This document shows, piece after piece, positions 36,199 through 45,579 of a stretch of DNA of 57,833 nt (position 1 is the first letter of the stretch; the number at the start of each line of letters is the position of its first letter). Source of the DNA: Gemmatimonadota bacterium (lineage in GTDB: Bacteria > Gemmatimonadota > Gemmatimonadetes > Palauibacterales > KS3-K002). Under the pieces are notes generated by a model. It made no database searches and was not told where the DNA came from. It saw nothing but the letters and a program-made list of their open reading frames with translations. A program made the translations under genes and the position numbers. Location of the stretch: NCBI GenBank assembly GCA_039586795.1, contig JBDHJS010000020.1, forward strand, positions 1 to 57,833, given 5' to 3'.

Positions 36199-36966
36199 AT
36201 GCGTGCTGTTCCTACAATAGTAGGTCTATTCCTGGTCTTTCCGGCTACCCTCGACGGGTCGCAGGACCCGCTGATCACCGACCGACCCGATTTCACCGAG
36301 AGCCCTCAGGCCGTAGACCCGGGACGCGTCCAGATCGAGGCGGGCTATACGTTCAATCGCGAGGGTGAGCTGAGGCTCCACTCGTTGGGTGAAGTGCTAG
36401 TGCGGATCGGCGCGGTGAACCGCTTCGAGGTCCGCCTGGGACTCAATTCATTTGGGATCAGCGAAGAATCGGGTGGTGAATCGACGGGCTTCGAGGATGT
36501 GGCGTTGGGGGCGAAGATCGCCCTCGCCGACGGCTCGTCCGAGTTCGACCTGGTGCGACCGGCCATCGGGGTGCTGGTTGGCGCCGCCATACCTACCGGT
36601 TCGGGCCCGTTCGGCGAGCGGGGGATTCGACCGCAGGCGACGCTCTCGGTCGGCTGGCCGGTGTCGGAAGCGCTGTCGGTGGGCGCGAATCTGGGCGCCG
36701 CTTCGGCCAGCATCGATGACAACCGATTCGCGATACTCTCTGGTAGCGTCGCTCTTGGGATCGGCCTTACCGACTGGCTTGGCGCCTACGCCGAGGCGTT
36801 CGGCTTCGCGAACACGGAGAACGAATTCTGGGACTCCGGGTTCTTGAACGGCGGCTTCACGTTTCTGGTGAATCCGGATCTACAGCTCGACCTTCGTCTT
36901 GGCGTGTCGCTCAGCGATCCTGCGCCGTCGTACTTCGCCGGGCTTGGATTCGGGTGGCGGATCTAG
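36199..36966 (+). CDS. Outer-membrane beta-barrel transporter (MetA-pathway/phenol degradation-like family)
   Basis: TDRPDFTES..V..G..QIE.GY, PTG and QLD motifs; terminal beta-strand GFGWRI. Confidence 0.8.
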   Translation: MRAVPTIVGLFLVFPATLDGSQDPLITDRPDFTESPQAVDPGRVQIEAGYTFNREGELRLHSLGEVLVRIGAVNRFEVRLGLNSFGISEESGGESTGFEDVALGAKIALADGSSEFDLVRPAIGVLVGAAIPTGSGPFGERGIRPQATLSVGWPVSEALSVGANLGAASASIDDNRFAILSGSVALGIGLTDWLGAYAEAFGFANTENEFWDSGFLNGGFTFLVNPDLQLDLRLGVSLSDPAPSYFAGLGFGWRI

Positions 36967-36973
36967 CTATCGC

Positions 36974-37330
36974 TCAGGGTGCGGCAGTCGAGAAGAAGAC
37001 CAGGACCTCGAGCTCTTCCTCTATATCATAGAAGCGGTGATCGGTGCGCGCTTTTACAAAGACGGTGCTCCCCGGTCCCACGTTCATGCTGTCACCCTCG
37101 ACCTCCAGCTTCGCCTTTCCTTTGACCACGAAGTACAGCTCATCGCGCTCGTGGGGCACCTGGGGGTCGACCCCGGCCTCCGGCAAGACGTACAGACCGA
37201 CGGTCATTGTTGAAGCGGTCAGAAAGGGAAACCAGGGCTTTCCGGTCTGCTGGCGTTTGGCCAGCAGCTCCTGTATTTGAAAGGCAGCCCACGTCGGGTC
37301 AGCGCTGTTCAATTTCAAATCCAGCCTCAC
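36974..37330 (-). CDS. Cupin domain protein (start uncertain)
   Basis: DPQ.PH..DELYFVV.G...G..VFV.A...HRF. Confidence 0.85.
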   Translation of the reverse strand: MRLDLKLNSADPTWAAFQIQELLAKRQQTGKPWFPFLTASTMTVGLYVLPEAGVDPQVPHERDELYFVVKGKAKLEVEGDSMNVGPGSTVFVKARTDHRFYDIEEELEVLVFFSTAAP

Positions 37331-37446
37331 TCTATATATAAGAACACAAGGGACAACGATCACTCGCGAAGCCGCTACATCTAGCCCCGGGACGTCTCTG
37401 GATCAAGCGTCGGCATCTTGACGCGCCGCACGCGGTCGCGATCTTC

Positions 37447-37950
37447 ATGGCCATGGTTGATATCATATCTATGACGCCGGAGCATTGGAACGACGTGCGG
37501 CGGATCCATATGGAGGGCATCGCCACGGGCGAGGCGACGTTCGAGACGGAATCGGCGCCGGATTGGGCGACGTGGTCGGAGGAGCATCTCGAGTACGCTC
37601 GCCATGTCGCAGTCGAGGATGATCACGTGTTGGGCTGGGCGGCGCTAACGCCGGTCTCCGATCGCTGCGTCTACGCCGGTGTAGCGGAGGTCAGCGTCTA
37701 CGTCGGTGAGGACGCGCGCGGGCGTGGCGTCGGCTCGATGCTGCTGGGAAGCTTGGTCGAGAGCTCCGAGGCAAACGGTCTTTGGACGTTGCAGGCGGGA
37801 ATCTTCGACGGGAACGATGCGAGCGTGGCGCTCCATGAGAAACACGGCTTCCGTGTCGTGGGTCGTCGCGAACGGCTCGGCAAACTGAGCGGTGCCTGGC
37901 GCGATGTGCTGTTGCTGGAGCGGCGGAGCGCGCAGGTCGGAATCGACTGA
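37447..37950 (+). CDS. GNAT N-acetyltransferase (YncA/phosphinothricin acetyltransferase-like)
   Basis: ATFE, R.VYAGVAEVSVYV...ARGRGVG, N.AS..LH...GF and WRDV. Confidence 0.9.
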   Translation: MAMVDIISMTPEHWNDVRRIHMEGIATGEATFETESAPDWATWSEEHLEYARHVAVEDDHVLGWAALTPVSDRCVYAGVAEVSVYVGEDARGRGVGSMLLGSLVESSEANGLWTLQAGIFDGNDASVALHEKHGFRVVGRRERLGKLSGAWRDVLLLERRSAQVGID

Positions 37951-37971
37951 GGGAACGGGCGGAGTCTGCGA

Positions 37972-40473
37972 ATGAAGAAGGGAATCATAGTCAGGGGACT
38001 GGTGGCCGCCGTCATTCTCGCGGGCGTGGCGCATATCGGTGCGCGCCGCGTCGGGCCGATCCCACCGTTGGGTCAGCTGCTCGATCCGTGGCACGGCGCC
38101 TGGGCGGCCGCGGCGGTTTCTGAGTTGCCGGATCAACAAACGGTCGCCTTCGCCGCGCTCGATGCCCCGGTGCGCGTCGTGTTCGACGTTCGCGGGGTGC
38201 CTCATATCTTCGCCGAAAGTCAGGAGGATGCGGCGAGAGCGTTGGGCTACGTCGTGGCCCGGGATCGTCTCTTCCAGTTGGAGATGCGATGGCGCTCGAC
38301 CGCGGGTCGGGTCTCGGAGCTGGTCGGCTATGTAGCTCTCGGCTTCGATCGGTACATCCGGGAGTTGGGGCTGGCCTGGAGCGCCGAGCGCGATTTCGCG
38401 GCCCTCGACCCGGGCTCGGATGCGCTGGCCATGATGAACGCGTACGCTGAAGGCGTGAACGCTTGGGTCGATGGATTGGGTCCGCGCGACGTACCGGTGG
38501 AGTACCGGATCCTCGGCGCGACGCCTTCGCGTTGGGAACCCGTCTACTCCTTCTATCTGCTCAAGCAGATGGGCTGGAATCTGAGCCACGGTATCGAGAC
38601 GGACCTCCTCAGGTTGCGCGCCATGGCGCGGGTGGGGCGGGAGGCGACGGATGCGCTGCTCCCGGTGAACAACCCGATTCAGCAGCCGATCCAACCGAAC
38701 GGACAAGCCGACCCGCGTTACGACTTCGCGCCCATCCCGCCGCCCGGCGCACCCGACGAACAGGCAGCCGCATTGGCAGATGACATAGAGAGCTTCTTGG
38801 GCCCGCTGGCGTTAAGAAGCGAGGCGGACAGGGTTCTGGGTAGCAACAATTGGGTCGTATCGCCGGACCGGACCGAGTCGGGCTACGCGTTGCTATCCGG
38901 CGATCCGCACCTGGGCCTCACCTTGCCATCGATCTGGTACGAAGCACACATGGTCGTGCCCGGTGAGCTCGATGTGTACGGCGTGACGATCCCCAGCAAC
39001 CCGGTCGTGATTCTCGGTTTCAACCGTGACGTGGCGTGGAGCATGACGAACACGGGGGCCGACGTCATCGACTACTACGAGGAAGTCTTCGATGATCCCG
39101 ATCGTCCCACCCGTTACCGGGTCGACGATGAGTGGCGGCCGCTGGAGATCCGTACCGAACAATACTTCGGGCGCGGCGGAAGGTTATTGGGGACCGACAC
39201 GTTGTACGTGACGCATCGCGGTCCGGTGATCGAGGCCGACGACCGCAAGCTCTCGATGCGCTGGACCGTACTCGAACCGCAGGGCGTGACCCAGGCCGTG
39301 ATGCGAGTCGCGACAACGACAACGGTCGAGGAGTACCTCAAGGCGATGGAGACGTTCAACGCGCCGGCTCAGAACATGGTCGTCGCGGACCGAAACGGGA
39401 CCGTGGCCATCCGTTCCACCGGACACTATCCGCTTCAGCCAGATAACAGCGGGTTGCCGGTGCGCGACGGAACGCAAAGCACAAGCGACTGGCTGGGCTA
39501 TTGGCCGCCGGAGCGATACCCCCAGTCGGTGAGCCCCGATCAGGGCTACCTGGCCTCGGCGAACCAACAGCCCATCGATCCGCTTGCAGACAGCACGTAC
39601 ATGGGAGCCAACTGGCCGTCGCCCTGGCGTGCGATACGCATCAACCAGCTGTTGGCGGCGGACTCGGTCGTGACGCCGGAGGCGATGCAGCGCTACCAGC
39701 TTGACCCCGGTAACGCTCGCGCCGACATGTTCGTCCCCTTCCTCATCGACGCGGCCCGGGGTCGGGCGGAGCAGGGTGAGTACGATGACGCAGCCCTCGA
39801 GGCGGCAGAACTGTTGTCGCAGTGGGACCGCCTCTATACGAAGGAGAACGAGCGAGCGGTTCTGTTCGAGCTGGCGATGGACGAATTATACGATCGAACC
39901 TGGGACGAGCTGCTGGGCGAACCCGAAGGCGAACGCCGGGCGCGACGCGTGTTCACGCCGGCGTCGGCGGTGCTGGCCAGCCTGCTTCACCAGCCGGAGA
40001 GCGTCTGGTGGGATGATTCGCGGACCAGCAATACCGTCGAGGATCGAGATGCGATCCTCACGGCGAGTCTGGCCGCTGCTCTGGAGACCGCGAAGCGCGA
40101 ACACGGCGAGCCGCACGACGGCGGTTGGCGTTGGGATGGGATCCGCCACGCCAACATCTATCACCTGCTGAACCTGGGATCGTTTTCGGCTCTCGATCTG
40201 CCGATTCAGGGTGGGTCCGGCACCCTCAACCCGTCGTCGGGGGGCGGGACCCACGGCGCGAGCTGGCGCATGGTCGTGCAACTCGGCCCCGAGATCGAGG
40301 CCTGGAGCATCTATCCCGGCGGTCAGTCGGGGAATCCAGTGAGCAGCCGTTACGCCGACCGAATCGAGAAGTGGGTGAACGGTGAGTTGGATCCCGTGGT
40401 CCTTCCGCGCCAGGCGTCCGACATTCGTCGGTCGCAAACCGCATCGGTCCTTCAACTCAACCCGGAGCGCTGA
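37972..40473 (+). CDS. Penicillin acylase family Ntn hydrolase
   Basis: GVPHIFA, ARDRLFQ, nucleophile GSNNW, DPHL, WYE and PGGQSG motifs. Confidence 0.93.
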   Translation: MKKGIIVRGLVAAVILAGVAHIGARRVGPIPPLGQLLDPWHGAWAAAAVSELPDQQTVAFAALDAPVRVVFDVRGVPHIFAESQEDAARALGYVVARDRLFQLEMRWRSTAGRVSELVGYVALGFDRYIRELGLAWSAERDFAALDPGSDALAMMNAYAEGVNAWVDGLGPRDVPVEYRILGATPSRWEPVYSFYLLKQMGWNLSHGIETDLLRLRAMARVGREATDALLPVNNPIQQPIQPNGQADPRYDFAPIPPPGAPDEQAAALADDIESFLGPLALRSEADRVLGSNNWVVSPDRTESGYALLSGDPHLGLTLPSIWYEAHMVVPGELDVYGVTIPSNPVVILGFNRDVAWSMTNTGADVIDYYEEVFDDPDRPTRYRVDDEWRPLEIRTEQYFGRGGRLLGTDTLYVTHRGPVIEADDRKLSMRWTVLEPQGVTQAVMRVATTTTVEEYLKAMETFNAPAQNMVVADRNGTVAIRSTGHYPLQPDNSGLPVRDGTQSTSDWLGYWPPERYPQSVSPDQGYLASANQQPIDPLADSTYMGANWPSPWRAIRINQLLAADSVVTPEAMQRYQLDPGNARADMFVPFLIDAARGRAEQGEYDDAALEAAELLSQWDRLYTKENERAVLFELAMDELYDRTWDELLGEPEGERRARRVFTPASAVLASLLHQPESVWWDDSRTSNTVEDRDAILTASLAAALETAKREHGEPHDGGWRWDGIRHANIYHLLNLGSFSALDLPIQGGSGTLNPSSGGGTHGASWRMVVQLGPEIEAWSIYPGGQSGNPVSSRYADRIEKWVNGELDPVVLPRQASDIRRSQTASVLQLNPER

Positions 40474-40476
40474 GCG

Positions 40477-40851
40477 ATGATGAACCGACTGATCCCGTGG
40501 CTCGTGTTGGTCGAGGTCATCGCGCTGGTAACGGCGATCGTGGGGTGGTGGACCGTTCCGATTCTAGCGGCGGTTTACGCTTTGATCTACCCGGACCGCA
40601 AGCACTGGTTGAGCACGGCGCTGGCGGGGCTGTGCGGATGGGGACTATTGATCGATATCACGTGGTTCCAGGGGCCGGTGTTCGAGCTTGCGGGCAAGGT
40701 GGGTGGAGCCCTTGGGTTACCCGGGGCGGCGTTCGTTCTTCTCACGCTGATCTTTCCGGCGCTGCTCGCGGGGAGCGCGGCTGAGCTGGCAGCTGCCGTC
40801 CGCCGCGCGGTCGCTGATATGGCCAGGCCCGAACGAGCACGAGCACGATAG
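40477..40851 (+). CDS. Small integral membrane protein of unknown function
   Basis: Three to four hydrophobic segments; starts 3 bp after the acylase stop. Confidence 0.7.
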   Translation: MMNRLIPWLVLVEVIALVTAIVGWWTVPILAAVYALIYPDRKHWLSTALAGLCGWGLLIDITWFQGPVFELAGKVGGALGLPGAAFVLLTLIFPALLAGSAAELAAAVRRAVADMARPERARAR

Positions 40852-40945
40852 CGAGCAGAGGCACGAGTTCTCCCGCTCCTGCTCGTGCTCGACAGCCTTG
40901 ACCGTCGACCGTCCACCGTCTACCGTCCACCGTCAACTATCTACC
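40834..40945. repeat. GAGCAC-based 12-bp inverted repeat followed by an ACCGTCY heptamer array
   Basis: CGAGCACGAGCA (40834) pairs with TGCTCGTGCTCG (40880); accgtcg accgtcc accgtct accgtcc accgtca actatct acc (40901-40945). Confidence 0.8.
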
Positions 40946-40957
40946 GAGGCTAATGCC

Positions 40958-41599
40958 ATGAAACGACTCGCAGCTCTAGCGATATTCACCGTACTCCTCT
41001 CCTCGACCAGCACCGCGCAGGCCCAGGGCCAGGTCCCCGACTCGAAATGGTTCGTCGGGATCTCCGCCGGCCCGACGCTGACCAACGTGACCGGCGACTT
41101 CGTCCGGCAGTCGGAGTGGGAGTGGGGCCTCCTGGTTGGCGGCTATATCGAGTACGCGGCACACAAGAACTTCTCGGTCGAGCTAGGTGCCAACTTCGTT
41201 CAGAAGGGCACGCAGCTGGGCCAGACCGCGCAGGGTGACTTCGGCTCGCTGCGGCTTCGCTATCTCGAGCTGCCTCTGCTGCTGGCCGCCCAGGTCCCGA
41301 TACACCCGGACTGGGTGTTCAGGGTCTTCGGCGGTGGCACGATGGGTATCAACCTCAGTTGCCAGGTGAAAGGGATATCCAACGTATGGGAGAACTGTAG
41401 TAGCGCGGCGGTCAGCGATGCTGAGACGATCGAATGGAGTGTGCCGTTCGGTGGCGGCTTCGCCTACAAGGCTCCATTCTCTAACTCCAGCTTCGTCATC
41501 GATGTGCGGTACGTCATCGGGATGTCCGACGTGTTCAACGGCGTCGATCTGAAGACCAAGCTCTGGGAGTTCCTGGCGCGCTGGCAGTTCGGCATCTAG
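40958..41599 (+). CDS. Outer-membrane beta-barrel protein (PorT-like porin family)
   Basis: Signal peptide; E..FVQKG, YLELPLL and DVRY..G motifs; terminal WQFGI. Confidence 0.8.
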   Translation: MKRLAALAIFTVLLSSTSTAQAQGQVPDSKWFVGISAGPTLTNVTGDFVRQSEWEWGLLVGGYIEYAAHKNFSVELGANFVQKGTQLGQTAQGDFGSLRLRYLELPLLLAAQVPIHPDWVFRVFGGGTMGINLSCQVKGISNVWENCSSAAVSDAETIEWSVPFGGGFAYKAPFSNSSFVIDVRYVIGMSDVFNGVDLKTKLWEFLARWQFGI

Positions 41600-41810
41600 C
41601 CGGCGGCGGCGCCTCGCCGCCGCTTCGGCGGCCGCCTCACAATACTGATAATTCCTAGCCCGCACCGCCCATCTGGGTGGTGCGGGCAAAGCATAACCGG
41701 GTTAGATTTGTGGCCGTTCAGAATCGAGATCCGTGCGAAAACCCCGTGAAGCCCGCTGCGCCTGGCGTCGGCGGGCCGAGCGACATCTCTGTGGAGCGAG
41801 GAGCTTGCCG

Positions 41811-43151
41811 ATGAGATTGCTGACCAAGACGATGCTGGCCTTGGCTCTGGTTGCGGCGCTGACTGCGACCGCCAGCGCCCAGGAATCGGACGGGTTCTTT
41901 CCGTTCGAGTACCGGCTGGTCGAGTTGGACAACGGATTCAAGGCCTACTTGATCCGTGCGGGCGCGCCGAACCAGGTCGCCTACGTATCGATGGTACGGA
42001 CCGGCAGTCGCGAGGAGTGGGAGCCGGGGAAGAGCGGCTTTGCGCACTTCTTCGAGCACATGATGTTCGCCGGGACCGAGAAGTACCCGAACTTCGACGC
42101 CGTCACGACCGAGATGGGCGCATCGCGCAACGCGTTCACCAGTATCGATCGGACGGTCTACTACATCATCGCGTCGAACGAGTACCTGGAGCAGATCGTC
42201 GACCTGGAGTCGGATCGTTTCCGGAACCTGCGCTATACCGAGCCTTCCTTCCGCACCAAGGCCGGCGCCGTGCTCGGCGAGTATCAGCAGAGCGCCGGCT
42301 CGCCGTTCCAATACCTGTACCAGAGAGTGCTGGAGACGGCGTTCGACGAGCATACCTATCGCCACACCACGATCGGTTTCGAGGAAGACGTGCGGGCGAT
42401 GCCGGAAGGCTACGACTACAGCATCACGTTTTACCAGCGCTACTATCGCCCGGAGAACGTGGTGCTCGTCCTGGCGGGCGATTTCGATTTCGACGAGACG
42501 GAGCAAATGATCCGCGACTACTACACAGAGTGGGAAGCCGGGTACGTCGCGCCGCAGATCACTCCTGAGCCGCCCCACACCGGACCGCGGCGTCGCACGA
42601 TTCGCTATCCGGGACGCACGCTACCGATCCTGACGGTCAACTACATGGGGCCCGCCTGGAGCGCTTCCGACAAGATAGCCGTCGCCACCGAGGTGTTGGG
42701 CCGAGTCGCGTTCGGTTCCAACTCTGACATCTATCGCCGGCTGGTTCTTGACGAGCAGAAGGTGCAGTTCCTGAGCGGAGATTTCGGTCTGTCTCGGGAT
42801 CCTAACCTGCTCAGCATCAGCTCCATGGTGATCAATCCCGCCGACGTCGATGGCATCGAGCAGGAGATCATGGCGACGGTGGAGCGATTCCGCGAAGAGC
42901 TCGTCGATGAGGAACTATTCGAGGCCACGAAGAGCAACATGAAGTACGGGTTCCTCATGGGGCTCGAGACCGCGCAGAGCGTAGCTTTCTCGACGATGAC
43001 TGCGGTGATCAACACCGGCGGCATCGAGGCGATTAACGAGTACTATCGCACCCTCGATTCGGTCACCCGTGAAGATGTGCGCGAAGCGGCGCGCAGATTC
43101 CTGGTCGAAAATGAGAAGACCGTGGTGACCATGGTACAGGAGGGGAGATAG
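41811..43151 (+). CDS. M16 (pitrilysin) zinc peptidase, catalytic subunit
   Basis: HFFEH (HxxEH), NAFT, ESDR and YYRPEN motifs; signal peptide. Confidence 0.93.
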   Translation: MRLLTKTMLALALVAALTATASAQESDGFFPFEYRLVELDNGFKAYLIRAGAPNQVAYVSMVRTGSREEWEPGKSGFAHFFEHMMFAGTEKYPNFDAVTTEMGASRNAFTSIDRTVYYIIASNEYLEQIVDLESDRFRNLRYTEPSFRTKAGAVLGEYQQSAGSPFQYLYQRVLETAFDEHTYRHTTIGFEEDVRAMPEGYDYSITFYQRYYRPENVVLVLAGDFDFDETEQMIRDYYTEWEAGYVAPQITPEPPHTGPRRRTIRYPGRTLPILTVNYMGPAWSASDKIAVATEVLGRVAFGSNSDIYRRLVLDEQKVQFLSGDFGLSRDPNLLSISSMVINPADVDGIEQEIMATVERFREELVDEELFEATKSNMKYGFLMGLETAQSVAFSTMTAVINTGGIEAINEYYRTLDSVTREDVREAARRFLVENEKTVVTMVQEGR

Positions 43152-43155
43152 ACAG

Positions 43156-44679
43156 ATGAAAAAGCTAGCGCTATTACCCGCGTTCCTGTTGGCCATCTCG
43201 GCCTGCGAGATGGCTCCCGAGGGCACCGTCGCCATGCCCGAGTCCGAGTCGCCGTTCATCGCCTTCAACATCTGGGTGAAGGTCGGCTCGCAGAACGATC
43301 CGGCTGGCAAAGAGGGCCTGGCCGCGATGACGGCCAATTTGCTGTCCGACGGCGCGACGACCGAAGACAGCTACGAGGCGATCCTCGAGAAGCTGTACCC
43401 GATGGCCGCCGGCTACGGATACAACGTCGACAAGGAGATGTCCGTATTCACCGGGCGTATCCACAAGGACAACCTCGACGCGTACTACGAGTTGTTCCGC
43501 AATCACCTGCTGAACCCGGCGTTTGACGAGGCGGACTTCGATCGGATCAAGTCGCAGACGATGAACTACCTGCAGCGTTCACGTCGGTACGGCCGGGACG
43601 AAGAACTGTCAAAAGAACTGCTGTTCAGCGCCGCTTACGCCGGCACGCCGTACGCCCACCCCGTGGAGGGCTATGTGCAGTCGGTCGAATCGATCACGCT
43701 GGATGATGTGAAAGAGTTTTACGAGACATACTTCGTCAGCAACAACATCGTCGTCGGTATCGGCGGTGGATATCCGGCCGGCTTCATCTCCAGTGTACGT
43801 GATGACTTCAACACGCTGCCCGAGGGTGAGGTGATGGCGGTGGCGGCGCCGCAGCCGCGGGTGCCGGACGGTGTGCAGGTGCTGATCGTCGAGAAGCAGA
43901 CGGACGCGACGCCTATTTCGATGGGTTTCCCGCTGCCGTTCGTTCGCGGCGAGCCCGACTACTTCCCGATGATGGCGATGGCCTCGTGGTTCGGTGAGCA
44001 TCGCAATTCGTTCAGCCACCTCTACCAGGTGATCCGTGAGACGCGGGGCATGAACTACGGGGACTACGCCTACATCGAGGCGTTCCCTCGTGGCTTCGCA
44101 ACACAGCAGCCTCGCGTCAACACGTCACGCCGCAGCCACCTGTTCGAGATCTGGATCCGACCCATCTCGAGCACGGCACCGGGCAACCTGCACGATCGCA
44201 CCCTGTTCGCCACGCGCGCCGCGCTGCGCGAACTGAACAAGATCGTCGACAATGGAATGACCGAGGAGACGTTGACCGGGACGCAGCAGTTCTTGAAGAA
44301 CTACACGATCAACTGGGGTAGCACGATCAATCGGCGCCTGGCCTACGCCATGGATGACAAGTTCTACGGCATCGACGGCTACCTGGAATCGATTCGTCCG
44401 GGGCTTGCCGCGCTTTCGCTGGGCGGCGTGAACGAAGCGATCACGCGAAACCTCCAGTACGACAACATCTACCTGGTCTTTATCACCAGCGACGCTCAGG
44501 AATTCAAGCGTCTGTTGTTGAGCGGTGAAGGTACGTATATCACGTACGCCGGCGAGAAGCCGCCCGAGGTCTTTGCCGAGGACGAGGAGATCGCGAACTT
44601 CCCGATCCCGGTTCGTGAGGAGAACATCACGATCATCGGTATAAACGATGTGTACGAATCCGGTCCCCCCATGCAGTAA
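43156..44679 (+). CDS. M16 peptidase non-catalytic partner subunit, lipoprotein
   Basis: ISAC lipobox; GS..DP.GKEGLA..TA with no HxxEH; IRE.RG.NYG (R/Y pair). Confidence 0.88.
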   Translation: MKKLALLPAFLLAISACEMAPEGTVAMPESESPFIAFNIWVKVGSQNDPAGKEGLAAMTANLLSDGATTEDSYEAILEKLYPMAAGYGYNVDKEMSVFTGRIHKDNLDAYYELFRNHLLNPAFDEADFDRIKSQTMNYLQRSRRYGRDEELSKELLFSAAYAGTPYAHPVEGYVQSVESITLDDVKEFYETYFVSNNIVVGIGGGYPAGFISSVRDDFNTLPEGEVMAVAAPQPRVPDGVQVLIVEKQTDATPISMGFPLPFVRGEPDYFPMMAMASWFGEHRNSFSHLYQVIRETRGMNYGDYAYIEAFPRGFATQQPRVNTSRRSHLFEIWIRPISSTAPGNLHDRTLFATRAALRELNKIVDNGMTEETLTGTQQFLKNYTINWGSTINRRLAYAMDDKFYGIDGYLESIRPGLAALSLGGVNEAITRNLQYDNIYLVFITSDAQEFKRLLLSGEGTYITYAGEKPPEVFAEDEEIANFPIPVREENITIIGINDVYESGPPMQ

Positions 44680-44704
44680 GTTCATTATTTGACCGCCTGT
44701 AGTC

Positions 44705-44749
44705 AGCGGGAGAGGGCACCTCGTTAGCCCTCTCCCGCTTGGCTTTTCG
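44705..44749 (+). terminator. Intrinsic terminator
   Basis: AGCGGGAGAGGGC-loop-GCCCTCTCCCGCT followed by T-rich sequence. Confidence 0.75.
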
Positions 44750-44860
44750 GCTTTTGCACGCCACTTACCCCGCCCGTAGATTGTGACGTCAACGAATACA
44801 GATGAGCGCCGTGTCGAGAGGCCGCGGCGCTTGCCTCAAGGCGCGAACCGGAGATCTGTG

Positions 44861-45505
44861 ATGAAGAAACGAATCGGGGCTGGGATGACGGCCGCCGTGC
44901 TGGCTCTCCTGATCGCAGCACCTGCCGCCGGGCAGTACCGGGCCCAGGGGGATTTCAGGATAGGCGTGACGGGTGGTGCGACTCACAGCACGCTGAAGGG
45001 CGAGTACATCGTAAGCGGAGATTGGAGGACCGGATTCGTTGCCGGCCTATATGCCGACTACATGTACACCGGCGCGATCGCGATACGCATCGAGGCGAAC
45101 TACGTGCAGAAGGGCGCCGAGAACGTCGTGACGACCGTGGGCGACTCGCTGGAAGTGAAGCTGGTCTACTTCGAGATCCCCGTGCTGTTCAATTTCGTGA
45201 TATCGGTGGGCAATCGTATCGGGGTCGAGCTGTACACCGGAGCTACGCTGGGCTTCAACAGCTCGTGCGAGTTCACGGAGGCGGGCGGCCAATCTCAGGA
45301 CTGTGGTCCGGGCACGCCGATACCGACGGCAAAGAGCAACGAGTGGAGCTGGCCGCTGGGTGCGGCGCTGGGCGTAAAGGTCATGGACCGTTTGAACGTC
45401 CTGGCGGATGTGCGCTACAGCCAGACGTGGTCCAATACATTCGAGACCGTCGATGCCAAGACACGTATGTGGGAGGCGATGCTACGGGCCGAATTCGGTC
45501 TTTAG
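44861..45505 (+). CDS. Outer-membrane beta-barrel protein (PorT-like), paralog of 40958-41599
   Basis: Signal peptide; EANYVQKG, YFEIPV and DVRY motifs; terminal AEFGL. Confidence 0.8.
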   Translation: MKKRIGAGMTAAVLALLIAAPAAGQYRAQGDFRIGVTGGATHSTLKGEYIVSGDWRTGFVAGLYADYMYTGAIAIRIEANYVQKGAENVVTTVGDSLEVKLVYFEIPVLFNFVISVGNRIGVELYTGATLGFNSSCEFTEAGGQSQDCGPGTPIPTAKSNEWSWPLGAALGVKVMDRLNVLADVRYSQTWSNTFETVDAKTRMWEAMLRAEFGL

Positions 45506-45579
45506 CGGCGCCACGCCGGTAGGTGACGCGAATGGGCGGTGATGCTGCTGGCGGATTTCCGCTTGTGACGGGGGGAGTT

